A stretch of DNA of 61,409 nucleotides from Candidatus Woesearchaeota archaeon (GTDB lineage: Archaea > Nanobdellota > Nanobdellia > Pacearchaeales > UBA284), in assembly GCA_964500015.1 (NCBI GenBank), contig CAZCMN010000001.1:1-61409 (forward strand). Direction: 5' to 3'. Every line of letters begins with the position of its first letter. Within the stretch, counting starts at the first letter, position 1. Below the pieces are notes generated by a model. It was not told where the DNA came from, did not search any database, and saw only the letters and a program-made list of their open reading frames with translations. Positions 42,328-50,488 of this stretch are shown here, piece by piece. A program made the position numbers and the translations under genes.

Positions 42328-42807
42328 TTAGACAGATTTATTTAGATAATTTAATCTTTCTATATTTAATAAAGTATCAAGAACTAAGCTCATCCGATAC
42401 TCTGGACTATCTTTTTTTAATTCACTCTCTTTTACAATTTTAGTGTTTGCTCCATCAATAATCTTAACTAGTTTTTCAAAATTAACATATTGCCTGTTAT
42501 CCACTGAAATAAAAATTAAACAATTATTATGCTCCTTCAAAAACCCCAAAATATCAGAATATATTTCTGGGGTTTCTGTCACCTTTTTGATTTTTTTCTT
42601 AAGGATATAAGATAAAACTTGGTTTCTTTCAATTACCCTCTTTATAGAATGAATATAAGCAGATTTGTATTTTAATTCCCTATAATGGGAAAATTTAGTG
42701 ATATTTTTAAGAAAATCATTAATTTTAGAAATTTCAATAATCATGTATCCTAAAAAATTTTCAGAATAATCAATAAAAATATAATAATCAAATTGTTTTT
42801 GCCCCAT
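42328..42807 (-). CDS. hypothetical protein, possible NYN/LabA-like (PIN-like) nuclease fold
   Basis: YYIFIDYSENF and CLIFISVDNRQY resemble the vFIDg.N / lvSgD.Df motifs; weak. Confidence 0.35.
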   Translation of the reverse strand: MGQKQFDYYIFIDYSENFLGYMIIEISKINDFLKNITKFSHYRELKYKSAYIHSIKRVIERNQVLSYILKKKIKKVTETPEIYSDILGFLKEHNNCLIFISVDNRQYVNFEKLVKIIDGANTKIVKESELKKDSPEYRMSLVLDTLLNIERLNYLNKSV

Positions 42808-42815
42808 TTTACATT

Positions 42816-42841
42816 TAGAGAAGAGAGATATAAAAGAGTTT
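42816..42841 (-). promoter_or_regulatory. TATA promoter (rc AAACTCTTTTATATCTCTCTTCTCTA), twin of 41491..41516
   Basis: read directly. Confidence 0.55.
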
Positions 42842-42864
42842 CTATCTCAATAGAAACCACAGAA

Positions 42865-43221
42865 CTAATTGTAGACTAATACTTCTTGTCTGGGTGTTTT
42901 ATGCCCCAAGTCCAAAGTAAGAGGGATTTGAACATTGACCTCTTTATCTTCTTTCTTGAATGTTATCATAAGTAAAACATAAACATGATTGGTTTTATAG
43001 TTTACAGACATTTTCATGCTTTTAATGTTCTTCAAGATGTTTTTGTCTATTCCTAAGTTCTCACTCGCATCCATAATCTCTATACCACAAACAAGATTTT
43101 CATGATTTACATCTAAAACAAAATCCCCTATATCTATAGAAGCTTTTACTTTCTCCTCATTCGATATAAAGAGTATATCGCTATTTTCATCGTAATCTAT
43201 TGTTTTAATTGGTTTTGCCAT
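42865..43221 (-). CDS. DUF2283-like antitoxin-type protein
   Basis: IDYDENSDILFIS...LVCGIEIMDASENL matches the YD.e.D.l.i...ivGiEIl.AS pattern. Confidence 0.6.
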   Translation of the reverse strand: MAKPIKTIDYDENSDILFISNEEKVKASIDIGDFVLDVNHENLVCGIEIMDASENLGIDKNILKNIKSMKMSVNYKTNHVYVLLMITFKKEDKEVNVQIPLTLDLGHKTPRQEVLVYN

Positions 43222-43514
43222 TTTCTATTGCTATTCCAAGCACTTATAACTTTTAAACCTTTTGAATTTATTTCAATAATAATCTCTGTGATAACAACTA
43301 AAGAATATTTTTTGCTCATCTTGAACCAAAGCTTAAATCTATTCAGTTCTTTTCCTCTTTCAATTTTTTCTAATTTGTCGGTTTGAGACAAAAAGTTTCT
43401 TACCATCCCCTCATTTATGGGTCTTTCTTTAGTCCTTTTATAAAAATGAGGATCAAAAATGACCCCATTTTGATTTAATTCTTCAAGAAAACTTTTAACC
43501 TCATTTAATTCCAT
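43197..43514 (-). CDS. DUF4258-like toxin-type protein
   Basis: PHFYKRTKERPINEGMVRNFL; 25-nt overlap with the DUF2283-like gene. Confidence 0.5.
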   Translation of the reverse strand: MELNEVKSFLEELNQNGVIFDPHFYKRTKERPINEGMVRNFLSQTDKLEKIERGKELNRFKLWFKMSKKYSLVVITEIIIEINSKGLKVISAWNSNRKWQNQLKQ

Positions 43515-43599
43515 TTTGCCTTCCTATTTTCTATAAGAAGATTATTATTTCAATTCTTTTAAGAGTTTCGCTCTAAAGAATCAAACCCTTTTAAAAAGA

Positions 43600-43887
43600 T
43601 TATGAAGAGTCTGGATAAACAAGAGCTTCTAAATTGATAGGAATACCAAAAAATGTTATTCTATCAGTATCTCCACTTACCCTGGTTTTATTGGGAATAC
43701 TTTCCATGCTACTTACGCCTTTTAAAGTGTCTCCTTCATCTGTTATTAAATCCAGTTTGTAATAGCTTGGACCCCAGAAGGTACTTCTAACATTATTCAC
43801 AGTTCCTGAAACTCTTCCCGTATGACAATTATAACCACATGCAGTAGCTAATAAAGCAACATAAATTGGAATCTGATACCATTTCAT
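43600..43887 (-). CDS. small secreted or lipoprotein-like protein (95 aa)
   Basis: signal-like IPIYVALLATACG. Confidence 0.4.
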   Translation of the reverse strand: MKWYQIPIYVALLATACGYNCHTGRVSGTVNNVRSTFWGPSYYKLDLITDEGDTLKGVSSMESIPNKTRVSGDTDRITFFGIPINLEALVYPDSS

Positions 43888-44000
43888 GATTTTAAGACTA
43901 AGAATTAATATTTAAGTATTATTGTGATTAGAGAATATAAAATAAAATTCTTTCTATATTCCAAGACTGCGAAGTACAACACGCTAAAAATTCAGAAGAA

Positions 44001-44018
44001 TTTTGACGTGCCAAAAAT
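44001..44018. promoter_or_regulatory. near-palindrome TTTTGACGTGCCAAAAAT (copy 1)
   Basis: 16/18 identical to 46251..46268; about 60 nt upstream of the AATAATCCTTTTAAG promoter box of 44106..44378. Confidence 0.4.
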
Positions 44019-44105
44019 CATAAGATGATTTTTTAGCATTGTCAAAGAAACCTTTCTAGCAAAATATTACAATAATCCTTTTAAGTATTAAAGGAATCAA
44101 AAAAG

Positions 44106-44378
44106 ATGGGAAAAAAACAAAATGTTGCAGATGTTGCAAGCGGCTCAACTAAAAAAAGCAAGCTGAGACAAAATTTAGAAGTGCTCGCATTTTTGCTTTG
44201 CCCAGGTACACTTATAAAATTCTCAATAGATACTATTCGTGAGCAACCAAATATGCCTAAACAAGATAAAATATTATATTATGGGGGGATAATGTCTATT
44301 ATCGAACTATATAAAATTGGAATAGAGCTTTATGTTGGTTATCAATTAGCAAGGTATATCTCCCCACATATTCACTAA
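44106..44378 (+). CDS. small membrane protein (90 aa)
   Basis: two hydrophobic segments. Confidence 0.35.
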   Translation: MGKKQNVADVASGSTKKSKLRQNLEVLAFLLCPGTLIKFSIDTIREQPNMPKQDKILYYGGIMSIIELYKIGIELYVGYQLARYISPHIH

Positions 44379-44448
44379 ATAAATTCTTAATTACAACACT
44401 TACTCTTTAGCCCAATAATGCTTAAAAGAGCAATAAATCTAAAAAAAT

Positions 44449-45027
44449 ATGGCTTGGAAACAATCTCAACAAGGTATTTATTTTAAGACACAGTTCATAT
44501 ATCAAGATTCTCCTAAAGGGCCAGCTATTCAAGTAAGCTCATCAAATCACCTGCCTCTTGAACGCCTGCCTTCTGGCGAGTTAGGAATACATACCCAAAT
44601 AAAAGAAGGCGATGTTTCAAGAACAAGAATCGTTATTACGCCCTATGAATCCCGTGTTTTTGTTACTGATGTTGACATACCCTATCAAAATTCAAGATTA
44701 CGCTCCATGGCAAGACAAAAAGGAACAATTCGTAAATTGCAAGTTGTTCTAGAAGATAAAACTGTGCAGGCTATGAACATGTTTGTTGGTTTTCCCTCAG
44801 TAATGAATGAAAGAATAAGCCTCTTGAGTGGCAGTGTTAGTTATGAGGCTAGCCATTCGCCAAATCTAAACATTTCTAACCTAATGTTAAAAGATACCCG
44901 ATGCTTTCGAGGTACATTAGAAGGCACCATTCCAAGAGCAGTCAGAGATGAATTCGTAAGGCTAACAGAGGTTTATCCAGCAGCACGCAATGACTTGGAA
45001 TATTGTGTTGCATTATTATTATCCTAA
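44449..45027 (+). CDS. hypothetical protein (192 aa, GC-richer)
   Basis: ORF; AATAATGCTTAAAAG box upstream. Confidence 0.45.
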   Translation: MAWKQSQQGIYFKTQFIYQDSPKGPAIQVSSSNHLPLERLPSGELGIHTQIKEGDVSRTRIVITPYESRVFVTDVDIPYQNSRLRSMARQKGTIRKLQVVLEDKTVQAMNMFVGFPSVMNERISLLSGSVSYEASHSPNLNISNLMLKDTRCFRGTLEGTIPRAVRDEFVRLTEVYPAARNDLEYCVALLLS

Positions 45028-45096
45028 GTCTTTTTTTGCTGGCCTGCTTTTTTCGCTCAAAGAAAAGTTTAAATTCTAAAGTAAACTTCTTAAAAA

Positions 45097-45753
45097 ATGG
45101 AAAGCGATAAAGAAATTCTTGAAAAAGTATATGAAAAAGGAGCAGTTTGGACAGAACCCGAACCCCCAAAAGAATTAATTGAGTTAATTGATAACAAGGA
45201 TAACAGCAAAAAAATCAAACCATGCAAAGCTCTTGATGTTGGATGTGGTGAAGGATTTTACTCTATTTATTTAGCTAAAAAAGGTTTTGAAGTTACAGGC
45301 ATTGATATCTCAGAAAATGCTATAAACTTAGCAAAACAAAATGCCATTAAACATGAAATAAAAATTAATTTTATAGCATTAGATGTTGCGGATTTAAGTA
45401 AAATAAATAATAAATTTGATTTTGTATTTGAATGGGCTCTTTTACATCACATAATTCCTGAACAAAGACAAGAATATGTAAAAAATATTAAAAGAATTTT
45501 GAATAAAGGAGGAAAATACTTATCAATTTGTTTTAATAGTCAAAATCCTGATTTCGGAGCGAAGGGGGAAACCTTAAGGATAATTCCTGAAGGATCTGCA
45601 ATGCCAGCAGGAACAAAATTATACTACTCTTCATTTGAAGAAATAAAGCAATTATTTGAACCTTATTTTAAGATAATTGAATCCAAGTTAATACAAATAA
45701 CTACTGGAAATAAACCACACATTGTAAATTATTTTTTTATGGAGAATTTATAA
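45097..45753 (+). CDS. class I SAM-dependent methyltransferase
   Basis: LDVGCGEGFYSIYLAKKGFEVTGIDIS (motif I/II), FDFVFEW. Confidence 0.85.
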   Translation: MESDKEILEKVYEKGAVWTEPEPPKELIELIDNKDNSKKIKPCKALDVGCGEGFYSIYLAKKGFEVTGIDISENAINLAKQNAIKHEIKINFIALDVADLSKINNKFDFVFEWALLHHIIPEQRQEYVKNIKRILNKGGKYLSICFNSQNPDFGAKGETLRIIPEGSAMPAGTKLYYSSFEEIKQLFEPYFKIIESKLIQITTGNKPHIVNYFFMENL

Positions 45754-45798
45754 AAAATAAAACCCTTTCGCTCAAAGTTAAACATTAACAACAACTTC

Positions 45799-46161
45799 TT
45801 AAAGGCTAGGTGTTTGAGCTAATTTTTCTCTAAGAGACTTATAAACCCTGCTAATATCATCAGGTTTTAGAAATGAACATGCCCGTGAATCATGTATTAC
45901 TCCTGCTGTTAATTGCTCAACTGTTGAATATACAGGATAAAACTGACACCCTGGTTGATCTTGTTCCCTAATCTCGCGTATGGCTTCTTCTCTTATGAAG
46001 TGAGCACCAAATACAGTAGCTTCCAGAGGAGATTCACCAGGCTGTGCAACTGCATCAGTTGTATATCTAACAATAAAAATCTCAGTATCATTCGGCAGGT
46101 CTAATGGCGCTTCTCGAACTGCAGGTTCTTTCCCTAAAGATATGCCTAAAATTCTTCGCAT
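45799..46161 (-). CDS. hypothetical protein (120 aa, GC-richer)
   Basis: ORF; promoter box rc AATAATCCTTAAAAAC at 46187..46202, identical 16-mer to 29422..29437. Confidence 0.45.
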   Translation of the reverse strand: MRRILGISLGKEPAVREAPLDLPNDTEIFIVRYTTDAVAQPGESPLEATVFGAHFIREEAIREIREQDQPGCQFYPVYSTVEQLTAGVIHDSRACSFLKPDDISRVYKSLREKLAQTPSL

Positions 46162-46250
46162 TTTAATCTTTATTCCAGGTTTTTGAGTTTTTAAGGATTA
46201 TTGCCTTTTATTAGATAAATTACTTTCTATTATTCCTGAAAAAACCTAAG

Positions 46251-46268
46251 CTTTTTGGCGTGCCAAAA
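46251..46268. promoter_or_regulatory. near-palindrome TTTTGGCGTGCCAAAATT (copy 2)
   Basis: TTTTGGC-GT-GCCAAAA inverted half-sites; about 48 nt upstream of the promoter box of 45799..46161. Confidence 0.4.
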
Positions 46269-46274
46269 TTCTTT

Positions 46275-46505
46275 TTACATACCTAAAACTTTTAGCACTA
46301 AGAACAAAGGCCAGATAATTGCTTTTAAAAATCCTAAAACACCTTGCCAGAAAGTTGTAGCTTGGCCAATATAATAAATTGCTGTGCCTAGGAAGCCTAG
46401 GAAATAAAAAAAGCCGCTGCATCCTTTACTGCCCTTGAATTTCCAAGTTTTACATTCACAATTTTGGTTGTTTTTTTCTTGATTAATTTTTCTTTTTTTT
46501 GCCAT
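46275..46505 (-). CDS. small 2-TM protein (76 aa)
   Basis: K-rich N-terminus, two hydrophobic helices. Confidence 0.4.
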   Translation of the reverse strand: MAKKRKINQEKNNQNCECKTWKFKGSKGCSGFFYFLGFLGTAIYYIGQATTFWQGVLGFLKAIIWPLFLVLKVLGM

Positions 46506-46573
46506 GATTATTTAGGGAGAATGAATATTAAAGGCTTTCGATTTTCTTCCAGAAATTTAAACTTTTTCTAAAA

Positions 46574-46969
46574 CTAAGAATTAGGAAAAAGTTTGTTTTT
46601 TAATGAACAAAAGAAAGAACACTCTTTTACTTCACCCTTTAAACAAACACCACCCTTACAACCTCCCAAACATTCGTATTTTTTAGAAGCTTCATTTGAA
46701 TTAATTCCCTCTTTTACTTGGCAAGAATATTCTACAAGTATTTTTTGGTTTTCACAAAAATCTCCTTTGATAAATTCTTTTGGTGAAGAAGAAAAGTAAG
46801 AATGTGTTGTTCCTTTGATAACTCCTTTAACTTCATAATTATATCCTATATCTGAATCTTGACAAGTGTCTAAGCTGGTGTAATTTAAATGACCTGTCAA
46901 TCTTATGAAGAAAAAAGATAGTACAAGAACAAGTACAATTCCCATGATTAATACAAACCACTTTTTCAT
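46574..46969 (-). CDS. secreted Cys-containing protein (131 aa)
   Basis: N-terminal signal or TM segment WFVLIMGIVLVLVLSFFFI. Confidence 0.45.
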   Translation of the reverse strand: MKKWFVLIMGIVLVLVLSFFFIRLTGHLNYTSLDTCQDSDIGYNYEVKGVIKGTTHSYFSSSPKEFIKGDFCENQKILVEYSCQVKEGINSNEASKKYECLGGCKGGVCLKGEVKECSFFCSLKNKLFPNS

Positions 46970-47039
46970 ATATTCTCCAAGGTTCTGCTTTTTTTAAATC
47001 TTTTCTTGTTTAAAAACAAAACAAAAATACAGAAATAAT

Positions 47040-48197
47040 TTATGCTGCGCGTGCGAATTTATCAATATCTTTTGTATAATATGAAGTAAGAGCAGTCCAT
47101 TTATCATCTATTCCATGATAAAGGGTTATTATTCCTCTTTTTTCATCAACTACCATTCCTGTAGTAAAAACAGTATTTGGAACATAACCATTTTCTGGCA
47201 AAATCTTTCTAAAATCTTCTCGTTCTAGCAAAGTTGGAGTTTTATACAATACAATCCATGGTTTTTTTAAATCAAGAACCATGAATTTAGTGCCATAGTT
47301 TGTTTTTCCTTTCTTGTTCCTTGTTGTTTCATGATATGCTGCTAACCAACCATAAGGTCTTTTTACAGGAGGACTCCCTGTTCCAGTTACTTCATCTCCT
47401 TCACTTGTTATTAATCTATGGCTCTGCCCCCAATGTACAAGATCAGGAGAAAAAGAAACACCTACACCTGGTCTACTTACATCTGGATGTGCATCTGGCC
47501 TTACAAGTGCAGCATATAATTTCTGTCCCTTTCTTATAATTTCTGTTCCTGCAGGGCTTGCAATTTTTTCTGAAAATAAAGCACCATCTTTTCCTTGACT
47601 CCCTGGATGAGGAGTATCTCCCCTGATAACCCTTTCTAAACTTAAAGGATTTTTTATATCCCTGGTTTTTAAAAGAGAAGTACAAACTCCAGAATCCCTG
47701 TGCGGTGTAACATAAGTCACAAAATAACCTTTCTTTCTTATATATGTTATTCTTACATCTTCTAATCCAAACCTCTCAAATTCCCAGCAAGGAGATATTG
47801 CAGGTTCTTGACGCATTTCAGATATTTCTCCATCTTCATTTAATAAAACCATCCTAGGCAATGAAATATGCCTTAATCTTGTTGGCCCTTGTTTTGGAAC
47901 AACATGCTTTTTGTAAACTTTTTTAAGACCTTTTCTATCAGTAATATCATAATCAATTTCAAGAGGAGCACATTCTTGATTTTTTATATGAAAAAAAGGA
48001 AGTAAAACTTTTCCGCATATTCTCCTTTTAGGAGTTTCAGCAACTCTTACAAATAAAACTGTTTCCAAACCATTGGCAGTCTCTACAGTTGCAACTCCAG
48101 GATTAAATGCACCAACAACTCTAAAATCTTTTCGTGTTGGTTCGAAATCTTCAGGTGATGCAATTAGTTTTATTTTAAAAGGTTTTGGTGTATCCAT
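47040..48197 (-). CDS. GH130-family glycoside phosphorylase/hydrolase-like protein
   Basis: GAFNPGVA, GLEDVRITYI, GKDGALFSEKI blocks typical of GH130 (DUF377) beta-propellers. Confidence 0.7.
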   Translation of the reverse strand: MDTPKPFKIKLIASPEDFEPTRKDFRVVGAFNPGVATVETANGLETVLFVRVAETPKRRICGKVLLPFFHIKNQECAPLEIDYDITDRKGLKKVYKKHVVPKQGPTRLRHISLPRMVLLNEDGEISEMRQEPAISPCWEFERFGLEDVRITYIRKKGYFVTYVTPHRDSGVCTSLLKTRDIKNPLSLERVIRGDTPHPGSQGKDGALFSEKIASPAGTEIIRKGQKLYAALVRPDAHPDVSRPGVGVSFSPDLVHWGQSHRLITSEGDEVTGTGSPPVKRPYGWLAAYHETTRNKKGKTNYGTKFMVLDLKKPWIVLYKTPTLLEREDFRKILPENGYVPNTVFTTGMVVDEKRGIITLYHGIDDKWTALTSYYTKDIDKFARAA

Positions 48198-48339
48198 TGT
48201 ATTTTAATTAAAAATTTGAGTATAAAACCCTTTCTATCCAAATATCACAGAAATCTTTATATAAAACTCCTGATTATAGTTATTAGAAGATTTTATTGTT
48301 TTATGAAATAATAAGATCTTATTATTTTTTAAGTAAATC

Positions 48340-49002
48340 TTGGAAGGAGGTATAAAAATGAAAAAAATACTTTTTGGAACTCTTATCGGGTTTTTATTGA
48401 TTGCAGCAACTATTACAATGGTAATGGCAGCTAAACCAACTGGGTTTTATTCAAATGGTGTAGAAAAAAGTTGGGAGCAATGTTCATGTACCACAATCCA
48501 AAGTGGGGAGTTGGAGACAAGCACTGGTGAAACTATAACCACCGGCTATGATAAATGGGGTTATAATTATCAAGCACATATGTTCAATGGAGGATATTGT
48601 GATTCTTATCAAAATGCTGCTTGGTGTCAGCCATATGCAGATGTCAAATTGGTAATGAAATGGAATGATAAGTGGTTATCTAATTCAGATTGTGATGAAG
48701 ATGGATTATTAGACAAGCCTACCAGTTATATCGGAACCGGAGCATGGCAAACAAACCATCAATTTGGAAGTTATGAATTAAATGGAGAAACATGTAAATG
48801 GAACTATTTTTTAAAATTAATAGCTGCTCCTGCAGATGCAATAAGAGTCGGTGGAGTCTGGTATTTAGACGATGTTGAGATTGGAGATGTATGGGGGGGA
48901 CAATTTGTAATGATAGAAGAAGTTTATAATGATCCTTGTGCAGGTTATAAGGGATTATTATCTAACCCACCAGCACCAACAGGATTCGGATTTTACAACT
49001 AA
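48340..49002 (+). CDS. secreted hypothetical protein (220 aa)
   Basis: signal or TM segment ILFGTLIGFLLIAATITMVMA; GGAGG SD-like element upstream of an internal ATG. Confidence 0.5.
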   Translation: MEGGIKMKKILFGTLIGFLLIAATITMVMAAKPTGFYSNGVEKSWEQCSCTTIQSGELETSTGETITTGYDKWGYNYQAHMFNGGYCDSYQNAAWCQPYADVKLVMKWNDKWLSNSDCDEDGLLDKPTSYIGTGAWQTNHQFGSYELNGETCKWNYFLKLIAAPADAIRVGGVWYLDDVEIGDVWGGQFVMIEEVYNDPCAGYKGLLSNPPAPTGFGFYN

Positions 49003-49070
49003 AAACCCATTTTTCCTATTTTTTTCTTTTTAAGTTTTATTGCTCCTTTATTATAGAAAAAAAACCCTTT

Positions 49071-49475
49071 CTATCCAACAAAAAAGAGAACTAAAATAAC
49101 AATTATCAAGATCAAAAGAAGTATTAAACTGATTATCTGGGAGGATTTTTTTGTTTTTTTCTCTTTTTCTGTCAATGGCCTTAACTTATTCTTATTCTTT
49201 TTTTCAAATATTCCCCCGATTATGCTTCCTGCAGCCATTCCAACAATAAAACCAATTGGAAATCCCAAAGAATCTGTTTTTAGTATAGCGTCAAGTATCA
49301 AACCAAGAAGCATACCAATTATCATTCCAAAAGACCTTCCTTTATTGACATAATATCCTTTAGGATGTTTTCCTGTTTTATCTTCTGGCTTTTTTGTTTT
49401 TATAGCAAATATAGCTAATATCAAGAAAATAATGATTATAATTGTTATAGCCATAATTGCCCATGGAATTGTCAT
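49071..49475 (-). CDS. membrane protein (134 aa)
   Basis: 3-4 TM segments; promoter rc GATAGAAACTCTTTTATATTA at 49493..49513. Confidence 0.5.
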   Translation of the reverse strand: MTIPWAIMAITIIIIIFLILAIFAIKTKKPEDKTGKHPKGYYVNKGRSFGMIIGMLLGLILDAILKTDSLGFPIGFIVGMAAGSIIGGIFEKKNKNKLRPLTEKEKKTKKSSQIISLILLLILIIVILVLFFVG

Positions 49476-49543
49476 ATATCTCTAATTCTTTTTAATATAA
49501 AAGAGTTTCTATCAGCATGTGTAATAAAATACTAGGGATTATT

Positions 49544-49648
49544 TAAAAAAACAAAAACTCCAGAGAATATTTAACTTATCTCTAACACTTTCTATCAGAA
49601 AATTTTTCAGAATTAGAGAGATAATTTCAATAATTAGAAGGTCTCTCC
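49544..49648 (-). ncRNA. candidate small RNA (about 105 nt)
   Basis: BRE/TATA (rc GGAAAGGGTTAAATAC, 49671..49686) about 25 nt upstream; imperfect hairpin TTATCTCTCTAA/TTAGAGATAA; ends in TTTTTGTTTTTTT; no ORF. Confidence 0.3.
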
Positions 49649-49876
49649 TATATTAAATAAAGGCTCTGGAGTATTTAACCCTTTCCATATAAATAATTGC
49701 GTAGGTTAGATTGTAGTATTTTAGCAGTTGTCTATTAGAAAACTGCGTTAAAAAAGTCATACAAGTAACACAGTTTTCTATAAAATATTTTTACCTGTGC
49801 TGGGGTACAGGCTTAAGACAAGCAGACATATCCCTCATCACAATAATACTTTTAAACAAATCAAGCTATTCTAAAA

Positions 49877-50212
49877 ATGGCATTTTGTGCGAAATGTAAA
49901 AATTCTGTAACAGCTGGAGACACTTTCTGTAGACATTGTGGCAGGATGTTAAGCCAAAGTCCAGTTAGTCCGAATATACATCGTGAAGAACCATTTACTA
50001 CACAGAATACAAGTGCCTTGTCAATTCTTGCCCTAGTTCTTGCCTTTGTTATTCCAATAGTGGGTTTTATTCTCTCGTTTTTTGCATTAGCTGAATTTAG
50101 AAAAAATCCAAATCTTAAAGGAAAAGGTTTTGCTTGGGCAGCTTTTTTCTTGCCTTTAGCAATGATAATAATTTTATTAATCGTGGTTTTAATTAGAAGT
50201 TTTAGTGGTTAG
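49877..50212 (+). CDS. zinc-ribbon protein with two C-terminal TM helices
   Basis: CAKC...CRHC ribbon followed by two hydrophobic helices. Confidence 0.6.
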   Translation: MAFCAKCKNSVTAGDTFCRHCGRMLSQSPVSPNIHREEPFTTQNTSALSILALVLAFVIPIVGFILSFFALAEFRKNPNLKGKGFAWAAFFLPLAMIIILLIVVLIRSFSG

Positions 50213-50248
50213 AGAAAACATTTAAATTCTCTTTTAAATTATAAAATC

Positions 50249-50410
50249 ATGTCAGAATTACATTTACCTGGAAAGAAAAGAGAAATGCGTTACAATATAG
50301 ACCAGAACACATATGATGAATTTGTAAAAGCTTGTTCTAGAAAAGGACTTGCTCCACAAGTTTTGATTGAAAGGGCAATGAGAAAATTCATTGAAACTGG
50401 CCAGATATAA
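50249..50410 (+). CDS. ribbon-helix-helix (CopG-like) protein (53 aa; own translation MSELHLPGKKREMRYNIDQNTYDEFVKACSRKGLAPQVLIERAMRKFIETGQI)
   Basis: below the ORF-track cutoff; beta strand RYNIDQ plus two helices; TATA-like TTTTAAATTATAAAA immediately upstream. Confidence 0.55.
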   Translation: MSELHLPGKKREMRYNIDQNTYDEFVKACSRKGLAPQVLIERAMRKFIETGQI

Positions 50411-50488
50411 TTGTTAATTATGCTTTGAATGCCTAAACACAAAGTTGTCAAAGAAAATTATCTCTCTAATGTTTTAAAACTCTCTCTA

